DNA of 63,862 bases, the filler included, from Choristocarpus tenellus KU-1152 (lineage: Eukaryota; Protista; Phaeophyceae), in the NCBI GenBank assembly GCA_964200185.2. It is 10 parts of 10 records of this genome, joined end to end, with 100 filler letters (N's around TTAATTAATTAA, not from the genome) between each part and the next. Parts side by side here need not be neighbours in the genome. Positions count along the whole stretch, not along the records: positions 1 to 5,715 come from CAXNAD020009928.1; positions 5,816 to 8,787 come from CAXNAD020023249.1; positions 8,888 to 19,736 come from CAXNAD020002671.1; 7 more parts are not named here. One strand, written 5' to 3'. A program made the translations under genes and the position numbers. Positions 1 to 13,100 of the stretch are shown here, piece by piece. Below the pieces are notes generated by a model. The model was not told the origin of the DNA, ran no database searches, and was given only the letters and a program-made list of their open reading frames with translations. How positions within the stretch are numbered: the stretch's first letter is position 1; each line of letters opens with the position of its first letter.

Positions 1-94
1 GTGTCGGATTTGAAATGTCAGGAAAAAAAAGAGTTGTTTGACCGAAACGGACGCCTCCTCACAAACCACCCCCCCCCTCCAGATACTTTGACCC
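1..94. mobile_element. Right end of a short G-tract MITE (family B-like)
   Basis: Ends in ...CCCCCTCCAGATACTTTGACCC. The internal GAAACGGACGCCTCCTCACAAACCACC closely matches the copy at 60501-60592. Confidence 0.7.
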
Positions 95-1432
95 ACAATG
101 GGCATGTTATACTACCTTTGGATCCACATACCATGACATCATGATCATCACGAATATCATGCCTGTCTCACAAACATGAAGGAGGTGACATACAGACAAC
201 TCCAACAATTATCGTTATTATACATGTATGTTGCCGCAAACTGTGTAGTTCATTATGTTGTTGTTATACATGTATCCTGGTCACTGTTTCATGTGAAGGT
301 GGTACGAATTATCACAAGTATCTAAATAACTATGACTGTTTGAGGCGTGACTAGCTGCATCCTTACACATTGAATGTTAGGTATATCCTTGGATTAACTC
401 ATCAAGCTAAGTACTGCTCTTGCAACAACTAGATTAGTGTGTGGTATTGACTATTGAGTACCATACTTGCTTGCAGTTTGAGGTTCTACTGAGTAGTACT
501 TCACGAATTGAACGGAACAACAGCAGGACGGGAATTAAGGTAGGTGAGGTGGATACATGTTGAAAGCATATTGTTTTTTGTTCCAAAGTATATATTAGTA
601 CTGCACATATATCCTCTCCACTGTTCAGTGTAAGTACAAGTCTCTGCTGCTGGTGGTTACATATTTGGATCTGGTCAACACAATGCAACAAATGTTCCTC
701 CTGCGATTCCTGGACTCAGCAAGCTCAGCATTATTACTACTTATTATTGTTGCTTGATCACAAAGATGATGCTCGCCGTGGATCCTGGCGACAGTTTTCA
801 CTAGCTGAACAGTGTAAATGGACAGATTGGGTGCTACATCTTTATCTGACTCGTTTTGAAAGTTTTTCGGTACACTCACTGTTATCGTAGGTGTTTGGCA
901 TATCATCTATATTGTGTTCGTTAGAATCCACCCAAAAAAGACCAATAAGGAGATTGTGATAATCTTTGTTCCTGCCGCTTTGTAGTATGTTCAAGGGAAG
1001 AAAATCTTGCTTGCCTTAGACCTCAGGTCATTGTGTCGGAGCGACAGTGTTATATAGTAGTCTCAAAACAATTTTCTGTGGAACCATTTCAGTGAGTAGA
1101 AAGGTCAGTGAACATCGCGGTTGGATCGCATGGTCCTTTCCTTTTGCAGTGATGGATGATCCATTTGATTTACTTGTCCATACCAGAGAGGGAGCGAGGC
1201 AGTCAACTTACTACCATAACTACAGGTGTGCGTCGAGTGGTGTAACACATGACGGTTGAGCTGCCTAAGATCACATGGGTGTACCCACAAGAAAATGCGC
1301 GTTGACCAATCAATGGACGGGAAAGCATCAATGCAAACACAAGCACACAAACCACAATCTATTTGTGTGTTGTTGTCTAGAGAACTCAGTTGAAGGATAT
1401 GCATCGTAAGTTTGGTGGTGATTGCACATTGC

Positions 1433-1692
1433 GAGTGAAAGTATCTTGGAGGGTATGAGTTTTGCCCTGTTTGTCCTTTTGGTGCTTGGCTTCCCATGGG
1501 TTTTTTAATGACATTTCCGTACTCCAAAATGTTTAGGAGTAGGTAAAATCTATACATTATGAAAAGGTGTGTCTGGAACAAGGATAATTGACACTTACTA
1601 CCAAACATGATAGCCAAAATTACATCAAAATCACAACATTGGATTTTGACCCCCAAATGAACACCGCTCTACCCTCTAAGATACTTTGGCTC
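1433..1692 (-). mobile_element. MITE family A, full copy (~260 bp)
   Basis: TIRs GAGTGAAAGTATCTTGGAGGGTA...TACCCTCTAAGATACTTTGGCTC. Body matches five other full copies in the window. Flanks TGC/TGT. Confidence 0.9.
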
Positions 1693-2781
1693 TGTTGTGT
1701 GGTGGTTCTTATTGTCTAGGGAATAAAGCATGTTGGCAGTTAGCAGTATGGGTTGGCAAAGAGCTCGTGGAGACTCAGGACCCAGCACAAAAGTAAAAGT
1801 GCACCGAGCTAGGTCATACATTGAGCACGAATATAAAAGGAACTGGTTGTCTACTAACAACTTGCAACAATAACGACAGTCCTACACGGAAGTACAGTAT
1901 AGACGTCTTAAGTAGTTACATATCCGGGAGTTGTGTAGTATAATTTTCTCAGTGCCAAGAAAGCTAGGGGGGCAAGGGCGTGATGGATCTGAGATTGCCA
2001 ACCACTGATGAATGGATTAAATCGTATGGCATGTTTACATTAATCTCATAGTCAGTCCCACTTGAAGTTTAATTGCTTACTACCACTGCTATTGTTTGTG
2101 ATATGAGGCTAGAAGAGGCGGGATATAATGGCTTCTTTGATCTTCGAAATTTAATATGGCGTAGCTGCTTCGCCTTTGAACATAGAGTAATGAAAAGCCT
2201 CGCCTCTGCCAATTTTTCAAAAAAATAAGTATTTTTTTGGATGATATCTCGTACTCTCGTACTCCATAGAAAACAACGCCGAGCATGTCATGTTCCCTAC
2301 AATAATATAGTCATTGACAGTCTTTGATATTTATTAATGAAAACACATCTATTCATAATGCATGACGGGCATGCCGATACGACTACTCATATGGTTCTAT
2401 TGGTTGCCGTTGCATGTAACCACCATCACACCTGGAAACATGCTTCAATAAACAACCGTTGTGTGGATTGTGACAAAAGATCTTGGTCGGATACACATAT
2501 TTATGCGTATGTTATTATGTATGTATTATGTTTTACGTATGATGTAATATTATGTCCTTCAATGAATCCTAGCACTTCTCAAAGGCATACAGAAGATTGT
2601 GACTGATTCAATGTGTATGCTCGTGGCGTCGCAGTATCTTTTTGCGTGCATTTGTTCGAATATATGCCAGGGCTTCGTGTGCATCATACTAGGCATCTCA
2701 AGAAGGTCCCGAAGTGAACAATTGGTATAGAGGTTAGTGATCCTTACCTACCGTGGTACTTGTACCACAACTTCAAGCAAT

Positions 2782-3040
2782 AAGCCAAAGTATCTTAGGG
2801 GGTAGAGCCGCGTCCATTTGGGGGCAAAATTCAATGTTGCGATTTCAATGTAATTTTGGTTATCGTGTTTGTTAGGAAGTGTCATTATTCTTGTTCCGGA
2901 CGCACCTTTTCATAACATATACATTTACCTGCTCCAAAATATTTTGGAGTAGGAAAATGTCATAAAAACCCCGTGGGATGCCAAGCTCCAAATAATGGAC
3001 AAATAGGGCAAAACTCGTACCCTCTAAGGTATTTTCACTC
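2782..3040 (+). mobile_element. MITE family A, full copy
   Basis: AAGCCAAAGTATCTTAGGGGGTAGAGCCGCGTCC...TACCCTCTAAGGTATTTTCACTC, with 3-bp direct repeat AAT/AAT. Confidence 0.9.
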
Positions 3041-3955
3041 AATTATACGTGGAACTAAGGAATAACCACGTAATTGTAGGGGATTGGATTGTAGTGCTGA
3101 GAACTTTGATTATCATCGAGCTGCCTGTACATTCACAGTTGCGTAATCGAGATTCACGCATCATAAGAAAAAACTAACCTTCTACTGAATGAGGAAACTA
3201 GGAGCAGTTCAAGTGTTCGAATAAGAAGAACTCATAATATTCTCGTCCATGCTGTTTCAGAATTATTATATTTATATCGAGTGGTGTAGATACGCTGCTG
3301 GGTAATTGAGACTATCAGATCACAAGGAAATGCTCACCTGCTACTGAGTGAGAAAAATCGAAGGCTTAGAAAAAAAATCGTGCGAGAAGACCTCATTTCG
3401 CGCTTGTGTTGCCTTGCGAAGTGGGGAACATTTCGAGTAGGCCACTCCCACACAGAGGTCTGAATTTTCTGCACTCTTCAAGCTGAGACCAGTGAAAACC
3501 AGTCCCCTCTTTACCCTGATAATGTTGGAATCCTTCTTACTTTTGTAGCTTAGGTCGAAGAACACCTTTGCCCTGTTTGATTGGAGGATGCATTGTTGTG
3601 TGCGGGTGACCCTGCATTAGTATCGCTAATGCGATGATATTCTGTCCTTGACGGAAGCGAGTTTTGAGTAATGAGCAGTTAGAAAACTAAGCGGTACGGC
3701 CGCGCCCAGCAACCATCGCATCGCTAGCAGTCTCAGTCATGATCGCAGTGAGGGAATCTTATGTTGGAGGTTTAAGTGTAGTGGAGAGAGTTATTTAGCA
3801 AAGTGTGGGGAAACGGAATAAACAAATCCACAAATAATCTATACAAAATTCAAGTGTAGAGCTTGTGGCGCTCTGGAGCGTCGGTGACACCCACGAACCT
3901 ACATTGTCGCCCGTTCAACACAGTTGTTGACCTTAGCTTGAGGGAAGAGGGCAAC

Positions 3956-5645
3956 ATGAAGGTCGGTCGTGTGGGCTTGCTGCTTGTCGGTGGCCTTGGC
4001 ATAGTACTTTGTGCGCGGGTTGCTAGTGCTTCCTTGCTTCCTGTGGGTACTGACCGAGGTAAGGATGGTCGACGAGTGTGCTGTGTGGGGCAGGGATGCG
4101 AACTGCAACCCACGCCACCCAGGGACAGGAAGCAAACAACTATCAGTTGGCATACTGAAGAAGTAAGGGTCTTCAATGGCCTTAGCTTGGAGAGGATAGA
4201 GGCAGGGCCTATGTTCAGCCCGTGCTCCACACTAATCAATTCTCGTACGACCTCTGTACACACATACACCCTTGTCTTTCACCCGTTGGTCAGGGAGGGG
4301 GGCAACTGCTCGTGGAAATCGACTGGGTGTGAGGAGCGTGCCATCAGTAGGAACGGCCCTCTTGTTGAGGGGAGGAGCTGTGCATAGCAGTTCGCCACAA
4401 GGTGGCACTGGGCGTTTACCAGTTGCAGTAACGGTCGGGGATGAGGGAAAGGCATTGGAGGAAGCCCTCCCAGTCGACGGACGAGAGAACCAACAAGACG
4501 GGCAAAGCGATGGGGAGAAGAGAGGGGCGGGAATTCAAGTAGGTGCTAAAGAGGGGAGGATTCGCGGGGGATTTGTGCCAGGGCTAATCAAAAAGATCTT
4601 CAACATTGAACACCACGAACTGCGCAAGTTTCTGTACATGTCATCGATGATGTTTAGCATCATTTACATTTTCACCATGACGAGGTGGGTTAGACACCAG
4701 AGAAATAGTGATGGCTTAAAGTAGAAGTTCTGAAACCTATGACTGTGATCTAGGCAACGGTAGAACCTGATGGAGAAGGCAAACATTGCACCAAAGGGAC
4801 AAGCTCATCTTTCTTGGGTTCTATTGTTTCATGTGACTGTTGTTTACGGAGGATTTGTAAACTTAGCAGGAGGACATTGGTTGTACTCATCGTTTAGCCC
4901 ATTGGACTCCTATGCTTTGTCTTGTACCTGTACTGGACAACAAAACGACAATAGCGCATATTGAGGTTGGTACGAGAACTATGCAAGATCGATACCATAC
5001 AATCACCTGCGCGAATAAACGCATTCGAGGCATTTTCGAGAGTATTACTCTATCGATGAAGATATACATTACGTCCCCCACTCCGTCCCCCACTGCATGA
5101 AGTAGCGCTTGAAGTCACCATACCCTGTTGATCTACACACAGAAAGAGATGTTGCACCTTTGGTCTCCTGATGGCTATCTCCATACACCCTTTCCCTATT
5201 TGTGGGTGTTTCTATGCATGGGACCAGGTTCATTGTAGAGCTGAATTGAGATCCCCCTTGGTCTCTTCACTGGTGTCTAAGATGTCTATTGTACTTGTGT
5301 GCATGTCCCTTGTCTAAGATGTTTGATTGATCAATGCCATGATAGCTGACCCTCCCACGTTATAGTCACTGAAGTCAGATCCAGTCTGTTCGAAGAACAT
5401 GTACATTGTACCCTTAAGCCCGACTTAACCCCCTTTTTATCTCCTGCCTCTTCCTCCATGATAGAGGGTTTGCTGTAGGTTGCCTCGAGGCATAGAGTTG
5501 AACCCAGGCTTGAACTTAGATGCCCTGCAAACACTGACGTCTCACCTCACCCCCCCCCCTTGCACCCCCTCTGTTATTCTTCAGGGACACCAAAGATACC
5601 CTAATTGTGACCAATTGTGGTGCAGAGGCCATAGCATTCCTCAAG
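3956..5645 (+). CDS. TLC-family ATP/ADP nucleotide transporter (plastid NTT-like), 5' part; exons 3956-4058, 4294-4684, 5585-5645; cut by contig end
   Basis: Phase-compatible GT-AG introns join MKVGRVGLLLVGGLGIVLCARVASA... to ...ELRKFLYMSSMMFSIIYIFTMTR|DTKDTLIVTNCGAEAIAFLK, the conserved N-terminal motif of TLC/NTT transporters. Confidence 0.9.
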
Positions 5646-5715
5646 GTACGCCTGCAAATGTATTTTCATTTAAAAAAAAAATGATCCTTTTTTTTTTTAG
5701 CACGATAGAACTCAG

Positions 5716-5815
5716 NNNNNNNNNNNNNNNNNNNNNNNNNNNNNNNNNNNNNNNNNNNNTTAATTAATTAANNNNNNNNNNNNNNNNNNNNNNNNNNNNN
5801 NNNNNNNNNNNNNNN
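5716..5815. other. Artificial contig linker (N44-TTAATTAATTAA-N44); also at 8788-8887, 19737-19836, 24245-24344, 28109-28208, 37199-37298, 40466-40565, 55255-55354, 60401-60500
   Basis: The same 100-bp N spacer, with stop codons in all six frames, occurs nine times. Confidence 0.98.
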
Positions 5816-5833
5816 CCCCAGATACTTTGACCC

Positions 5834-6730
5834 GGATCTGATGGGTCCCTTCCAATCGGAAGTCACTGGACATAGGTACTTCCAACTATTTACCGACAAG
5901 AGCAGCAGGGACAAGTTAATTTACGAATTGAAGACCAGAGATGCAGTGACGGATGCCGCTGCTGCCTACGTTGACAAAATGGGTAAAGAAGGCGTGGTTG
6001 TGAAGTGCATCAGTTGGGATGGTGTTAGGGAACTTGGGAAATCAGTTCGATTCCAACACATGCAAGCCAACAACAGGATTTGATGGAGGAAGTTGCCACC
6101 ACATATGCCTCAGAGCAACTGGATTGCGGAATGGTCCATCAAGCAACCCATGGAGGCTGCAAGGAGCCAACTGGTGAGAGCGGGACTGGGCGACGAGTAC
6201 TAGTTCTTTGCCATAACGGATGTGGCATTCAAAATTGGAGGGATGCTGCTCGAGTACCTGGGTGGGGAGACACCTTGTGAGCAACACACAGAAAGGCCAT
6301 TCAACTACGACAGGTTTGAGAGTCTGGGGGAGTGAGAGTGCTACATACACCAGACAAAACAGCAGTGGGGAGCTTCATCGAAGTTTCACCCCTATGTTAA
6401 GAGGGGACTACTAATGGGACATGGCCGCACATGACTATTCTGGCACATATGGCTTCCTCAGGAAGGCAAGCTAAGTCACTTCAGTGCATGTAGCCTTGAA
6501 CTGGAGGAGTACACCATGGAACTTGTTGGAAAACATGACATCTCTCTGATCGAGTACGATGAACAAGACGAGCATGACAAGGACGGGGAATCTGAGAGGG
6601 GTTCTATTGAGGACTCCAGCAACATTACAGAGTCCAACCCACAAGAAATATCAGCACCCATACACAACTCTTCTAAACGGAGATCCGCCAGGCTGAGCAA
6701 GCAACCCAAGGTAGACTACTCAAACAATCA
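5834..6730 (+). pseudogene. Ty1/copia integrase remnant with stops and frameshifts
   Basis: DLMGPFQSEVTGHRYFQLFTD...VVKCISWDGVRELGKS, followed by a RRSARLSKQPKVDYS linker typical of copia pol. Homologous to 8083-8773. Confidence 0.85.
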
Positions 6731-6845
6731 ACCCATTCCATACTCTGCAGTGCCAAAGAGTCTACTGGTTCTCGTTGTGCAAATTACCTTGGGAGGTAAT
6801 GCTATTTCTCACTAGTGAAGATAAGAGGGTGTGAAGCCTCACACA

Positions 6846-6854
6846 ATCCCCTTT
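6846..6854 (-). other. Candidate polypurine tract of the minus-strand copia element, with LTR starting at 6845
   Basis: Minus strand reads AAAGGGGAT followed by TGTGTGAGG, about 480 bp downstream of the RNase H stop. The other LTR end could not be defined. Confidence 0.4.
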
Positions 6855-7330
6855 GCTGAACGTGAAAAAGAATGGATGGTTGAAATTAGAAGAGTGTCCG
6901 TTGTGGGGTCTCTTCTCATTGCTTGTTTTATTATTGTTTGTGCTTCCTACAGAAGTCAACAATTAAATCAAAGTAGTTGAATTCAAATCAACAAAACCTA
7001 TACATATTCCATTCATAATTCTGATGTACCTTCTCATTAGTTACATCATATGGACTTAATCAAAATGACTATCTCTCATACACAAAATAAGGTACACCAT
7101 ACTATTGTCCTATTTTGCACACTCCCCCATGAGAGTGCAGGCAATGAAAGAGTTGCTGGAACTCTCAAACCTAAAACATCTTATTATGCACACTCCTATT
7201 CTGCACACTTCCCCACAAAAAATGGAATTAAAAGACATCAGATTTAGTTCAATTTCACATATTATCACATTTATCTTGTTAACACATTAAAAGAATGTAG
7301 ATTACTTCAAGTTTAACACACGACATTAAT

Positions 7331-7954
7331 CTAGTCAACACAGTGTCTACAAAGTCTTCTACCTGCTTCTTGCGTAATTTTGTTTTTGGTCAACATTTCT
7401 GCAAGTTGGAGTGCCGTGGGAATATATTTTACTGTAAGAAATCCTTTACTAACAAACTCCCTGGTGCATTTTAGTTTGATATCGACATGTCTTGTCCGTC
7501 CATTGAAACCTTCGGTTATCGCTGCTTGTATCGCTCCTCGATTGTCTCCATACCAAAACGTGACCCCTTTGGGTATGCCCAGCTCCCCCAGGACGCCTCT
7601 GAGGAATATTACATACCTCATTCCATGCACCATCCCTGTCCATTCTGCCTCTGATGAAGATGTGGTTACAGCTCCCTGCATCTTGGATTTCCATGCAACA
7701 GGTGCTCCATTGATGAGTATTAGATACCCGGTCAAGCTCCGCCTTGATGCAGTGTCATTGCCCCAGTCTGAGTCTCCATACCCGACCAGGCCCCCATTGT
7801 CCATTTCACCACCAGCAGGATAGTGTATCCCTACGTTTGAGGTGCCCGATAGGTATCGTAGAACATGTTGCAGCCCATTCCAGTGTCGATCACATGGAGA
7901 TGCTGCATATCTTCCCAGTTCCCGCACACTGTTGGATATGTCTGGTCGTGTCAT
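7331..7954 (-). mobile_element. Ty1/copia RT C-terminus and RNase H fragment
   Basis: TRPDISNSVRELGRY...GYGDSDWGND...RRSLTGY...VAWKSKMQGAVTTSSSEAEW...DNRGAI...RTRHVDIK...QLAEMLTK, the canonical copia RNase H motifs. Confidence 0.95.
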
Positions 7955-8082
7955 CCCGGCTAGGAAACTGGTTGTGAAATGGACAATGGGGGCCTGGTCG
8001 GGTATGGAGACTCAGACTGGGGGCATGCCACATGAATACCTCGGAGGAGAGACGCCATGCGAGCATCTAACAGGAAAATCGT

Positions 8083-8787
8083 TTAGTATGGGTGGAACAT
8101 TGCGCTGGCCCCTCTCTGCTGCTTGTCCTGATGAACATAGAACTCGCTCCCCCAGGCCCGAAGCCTATAGTAGTTGAACGATTTTCCTGTCAGACGCTCG
8201 CATGGTGTCTCTCCTCCGAGGTATTCATGTGGCATGCCTCCAGTCTTGAAGGCGACGTCCGTGATGGCAAAGAACCAATACTCGTCGCCCAGCCCAGCCT
8301 TTACCAGTTGACTCCTTGCTGCCCCCATGAGTTGTTTTATCGCCCTTTCGGCGATTCCATTGCTCTGTGGTGTTCTCGGTGGAGATTTCCTCCATCGGGT
8401 ACCGTTGTTCGCCAGCATCCTTTGGAACTTCACCGATTTCCCAAGCTCGCCAGCACCATCCCCACTGATGCATTTGACAGGTATACCTTCCCTGGCCATC
8501 TGGTCGATATACGCAGCGGTTGCGTCCGTCGCTGCGTTTTTTTGTCTTCAATCCATAAACCCTCTTGTATCTGCTACTCTCATCGACGAACACCTGAAAA
8601 TATTGATGGCCAGTGATGTCTGCATTAAAAGGTCCCGCCAAATCTGTGTGGACAACCTCGCCAGGCTGCTTGGGGGTCCTGCCACCCTGTTGATAACTTA
8701 GGGCCTCGGACTTGCATTCCTTGCAGGTCTCGCATTGCAGTTCTGACGCCACAGTAGCATCGGTGATCTCCAACAGTCCACGCTTCT
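8083..8787 (-). mobile_element. Ty1/copia integrase fragment (frameshift near 8540)
   Basis: CETCKECKS...PGEVVHTDLAGP...YFQVFVDESSR, then CISGDGAGE...PPRTPQSNGIAERAIK...WFFAI. Confidence 0.92.
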
Positions 8788-8986
8788 NNNNNNNNNNNNN
8801 NNNNNNNNNNNNNNNNNNNNNNNNNNNNNNNTTAATTAATTAANNNNNNNNNNNNNNNNNNNNNNNNNNNNNNNNNNNNNNNNNNNNCCCCCCCCCCCTC
8901 CCAGATACTTTGGGTCTATGCTAGTAGTAACAAACTTCCCATAATCCATTCCATTCACCATGGAATTACGGCGGGTGATGACTAAA

Positions 8987-9248
8987 GAGCCGAAGTAAAT
9001 GAGAGGTACCCAGTTTTTGGTTGTTTTGCATTGTAAGGCAGGTTATCAATCTTTTGATATTCCCTCATAGTTCTATGGATGAAGTGCTAAGTTTGACTTT
9101 AACACGTTTATTTATCTATTGGTGGAAAATTCTCGTCACAATTCGTACAACATACTTACACACATTATTTGTAAAAAATGCGGGAATTTGGACATATTCG
9201 CCTGCATCCTTAAATGCAACTCTGTGTACCTCTGACTTACTTCGACTC
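8987..9248. mobile_element. MITE family D (GAGYCAAAGTAAACGAGAGGTACCCAG-type ends)
   Basis: GAGCCGAAGTAAATGAGAGGTACCCAG...GTACCTCTGACTTACTTCGACTC, flanked by AAA/AAA. Related copies at 42735-42992 and 44243-44499. Confidence 0.75.
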
Positions 9249-10115
9249 AAAATCTATCTCATTAGGAAAGCACAGTCTACAGGAAAATGCTGTCAACAGT
9301 CATATCCTATGTTTGGCCCCAAAAAACACATTCATAATGAACAGAGTGAGGTACACATATATGCCGCTTTTCTTGACTGAGCCCCTCCTACACTCCTACC
9401 TCGAGGGCACGTACATACACTAAATAGTAGCAGTTGTCGTTAACATTATTATGTCAGGAGTGATGTGGGGACAGGAAACGTTATTCCTCAAGGTAGAATA
9501 TTGTCCTGTGCGAGGTAAGCCTCCAACAACCTTCAAAAGTACCTTGCCAACCAAAACCGCAATGAAATACTACACTGTTGTTGCCTTATTGTTTGTATAT
9601 GTAACTAGTTCTTCTGTCTTCTATACATTTTATCACCTTTCAAACCACAAGCTTAATTCTATGCAAAATTAGGGTTTCATAAGACCGAGTAGGCGGTATG
9701 CAACAGGAAGGTAGTTTTAGACCTGAAATAGATGTTGATTGCACGTTTGTAGTTGGAAGTAGTGACCAACTGATTGAGTACTGAATAAAACACCAGTGTA
9801 GATGTCTTCTGTTCGAGGTAGAAAGGGTGGAAAGTCAAAAAAGCGGAGGTGTTCCGAGGGAAAAGAGGTGAGAACCCCTGATATTAGCACGCCTGTCTTT
9901 GACTTATACTTCATGATGTTACAGCATTTTGATAAGGTTTACGGAAGAGTACAACAGTGCTATGATGGGTAGGTTACAGGGTGGCAGTAAGAAACTTCTG
10001 TGAAAGTGGGGTAAAGGTACATCTAGACCCCTTACCTCTGTATCTCGACCAAAGAAGGTAGTACACATCGTTGGAGCTGTACTCCACTTACTCTACTGGT
10101 GTGCCATCCTTGCAG

Positions 10116-13100
10116 AAAGGTTCGACGGCTCCTCACATACTCGCTGCTCTTGAAGCCCAACGGAAACGAACAGCCTTGGAAAATGAGCGATTGATCTTCG
10201 GTGCGAAGGCCATCAAGCAGTCTGATAAGGATGAAAAGGGAGAAAGCTCGTCAGCTCATATACCAGGATACATGTTTGACTCTGATCGAGGAAAGTACTT
10301 CCGGGTGGAGAGATCTTCACTTGAACATCCAAAGTCCTCTGATATGGCGTTGGGAGTCATGGACGATCGATTGAGCCATAATTCTCAGGAAGAGGTGAAA
10401 AGTTGCACAGATCACAACTTTAACACAGGAGGACCTGCTCGCCCAGCACCAACACATAGCCTCCACTCCTATGTCATGAATCGTCAAATGGGGGTGAGGG
10501 GGAGAAGCATGCTATCGTCTGAACGTGACTTCCGATGGGGTGCGTTTCGAAATGAGTTTTTTGGTTTCCTCTTTTGCCTCTTTTCTCCATTTCGGTGAAA
10601 ACAGAGGGTACGCAACCCCCCCTTTTTTGTACCGTTACCTCTACTTGATTTCAAGATGGACAATTTGTATGTATATATTATCTTCTCCTGATATGTATTC
10701 CTAGAGTTCAATGAGACTGCACAGCTCTACCACCAACATAACATGATGTACACAACGTTTCCAAACTCTTGAATTCCTTGCCCCCCCCCCAAAACTCATC
10801 CATTTGCTTCCAGGAACCCGAACCACTCCCTCACCAGTGCACAGTGCAGCCACGAAAGCTGTTGTGTGCAGTGCCCGATTTACTGTAAAGAGTATGCCCT
10901 TGAGTAGATTTGAGGTGGGGATGAAAGCGAGCGCTATCGATCAGGACGCAAGTGCAGGCATAATTGGTGTGGGATTTTCTCACGGGTTGGTTGGGATATT
11001 GAGCGAGTCGAACAATGAGAACGTTCATTTCCTCTCAAGGGATGGAAATGGATGCATGGGACAGCGTACATTAAGGTGGAACAAGTGCCTGGGCGGGGTG
11101 GGGCAGGTGAGTGGGGATGTTATCTTCGAACTGAAAGATGCTTGCGGGATGAATTCTTCCAATGTTTATTTTTTTCTTCTGAGTTGCATGGATGGGGCTT
11201 GCATTTTCTACAAGTTGGGGGATCTTACTATATTCTTCATCAGGAAGAGCTCTAGAGGGGGATGTTTTGATCCCGTCAATTTCTCTAGAACTTCGAAAAA
11301 AGACAATGCAGTAGTTGGCATTGAAGAATGGAATATTTCGTCCTAGATAATCAAATGTAAACGTTGCTATTTTTTCCTTATTTAGCAGTGGAATATATAG
11401 ATGCTTTGGATAGAGTAGGTCGCTTACGAGCACGCACATACAGTACACATACACGTACACATACACATACACATATACCTGCTTTCCCACTTTCTCCATA
11501 ACCAATATGTTTAGGTATCTGATGTGAAGTTCCGAAGTAAGGGTCGTGGGTGGGCAATGTCGATGGCTTGGCTTGGGGATAGTGCTGAGACGGGGTCGGT
11601 CATGGCTGTCTTTGGAGGGGATAACAACCGTGTCCCAGGGGAAGGTGATGATCAGGAGACGGGGTTGCGCCAGGTCAAGTCCAAGGTAAATCATCATGGA
11701 AGTACACCACATTGCTGTTGCACAGTTGCAAACAATGGAAGTGTTACTGCTTAATATGTTGGGTGCTCCTTTGTTTTGTTTGTGCTTACCGATAGCACGG
11801 TAGGGAGGACGCTCAAGGTTCCCTGTCGTGTCTGTGCTCAGGAGAAAAACAAGGTGATCAGATCTGGCGAGCCTTGATGTTATTTTGGAATTTCCAGTAA
11901 GTGATGTTTGCCAGAGGGTCCCAATCTGCATGTATTCCGCCAAAGAACCTTCAATTGTTTGCCACTGGACTGAAGGCGTGGGTTTTTACGGTCTGGGCAT
12001 AGAGAGAGCAATCTTTGAAATGTAGGCACCGGCTGCGGAGACAATTTGTGTCTGTCATAAGATACTTTTTTTGTGTGAAAACCCTGCCCTCAGAATTAAC
12101 TTTTGAAAATTGGAGCGCGTGCAATCTCCCCCACCCCCACCCCCAGAACCTTCTTCTCTGCAGCAGGAATGCTTGATGTAGTGAGTGTGCATCATTAACC
12201 TTCATGTCCAACTCACAGGTAAGGCATGGCTCAGTGTGGTGCACTGAGTGGGATCCTGTGCATCCAGACCGCCTTTGTGTTGGCACCAGCAGCAAGGTCC
12301 CTGTCTCGTTTTTTCATGTGGAAAGGGAAACATTGGTCCCACTGTTCAAGGTGTGCATTAGGTGCATATGCATACACCCACATGTGTTTATTTGCTTGTG
12401 TGTCCCGATACTCTCCAATGTAATGCTTGAAGAGACAGTTTCTTGTAGCAGGTGGGGGTGGGGACTGGTGAGTGAGCCTCAAGATACCATGATCACAATG
12501 GAGTTAGAGATGAGTCTGATATTTTGCAATGAGAGCATGTTTTGGTTTGTCGCTACTGTGAATTGTTGAGTCCTTTCCGCCAATGCGCTAGAACTCTTGT
12601 TAAGTTTTGTTGAACGGCGTTCTCGGTACCAGTTTTTGTTTCATCATTGCTCAATTTTGGCAAACGCGCCTGCTTGCATCAAACTCTCTTGAAGCTAATT
12701 TTTTTATTATTTTGTACTAGTAAGCTAGTGTTTTTTTATTTTGGCCGCATCAGATACTTTCAACACCTCTGTTAGCAGTGAACGAATCTGACTTTACTCT
12801 ATCCTTCCCACAGCCATAACAGTCCCCACCCTCCTGACCCTCATCCATCCCTCCCCTCCGAAACCAAACAACATCTACACCTGTGCAGGCCCCGAGCGAT
12901 TTATTTTCCATGGCCTTTGTACCCTCCTCTGCCCCAGGGGCTGGAAATGTCTTCTTATATGGATTGCGAAATGGATCAGTCTTCCTGCACGACCCCCGTG
13001 CTCCCTCCCGTGCTGAAGCAGCTACAAAGCAAAATTATACATCTAGTATTGCTTCAGAGTCCCAATCAATCCCCCCACTTAACCTCACACGCCGACTAGA

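Noticed and set aside
1105-1656. 183-aa ORF, and similar ORFs at 57741-57926 and 63192-63725
   Set aside because: They begin inside MITE family A. The shared peptide reflects the repeat, not a protein family.
434-3565. Possible minus-strand gene divergent from the NTT gene (donor-like sites near 3337 and 2747)
   Set aside because: No consistent spliced frame or recognisable protein could be built.
5716-5815. Recurrent TTAATTAATTAA palindrome in N runs
   Set aside because: It is an artificial scaffold linker. ORFs that run into it, and any synteny across it, are meaningless.
7380-8701. Long plus-strand ORFs opposite the copia fragments, and similarly those opposite the carrier and WD40 exons
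   Set aside because: They are antisense shadows of real coding sequence.
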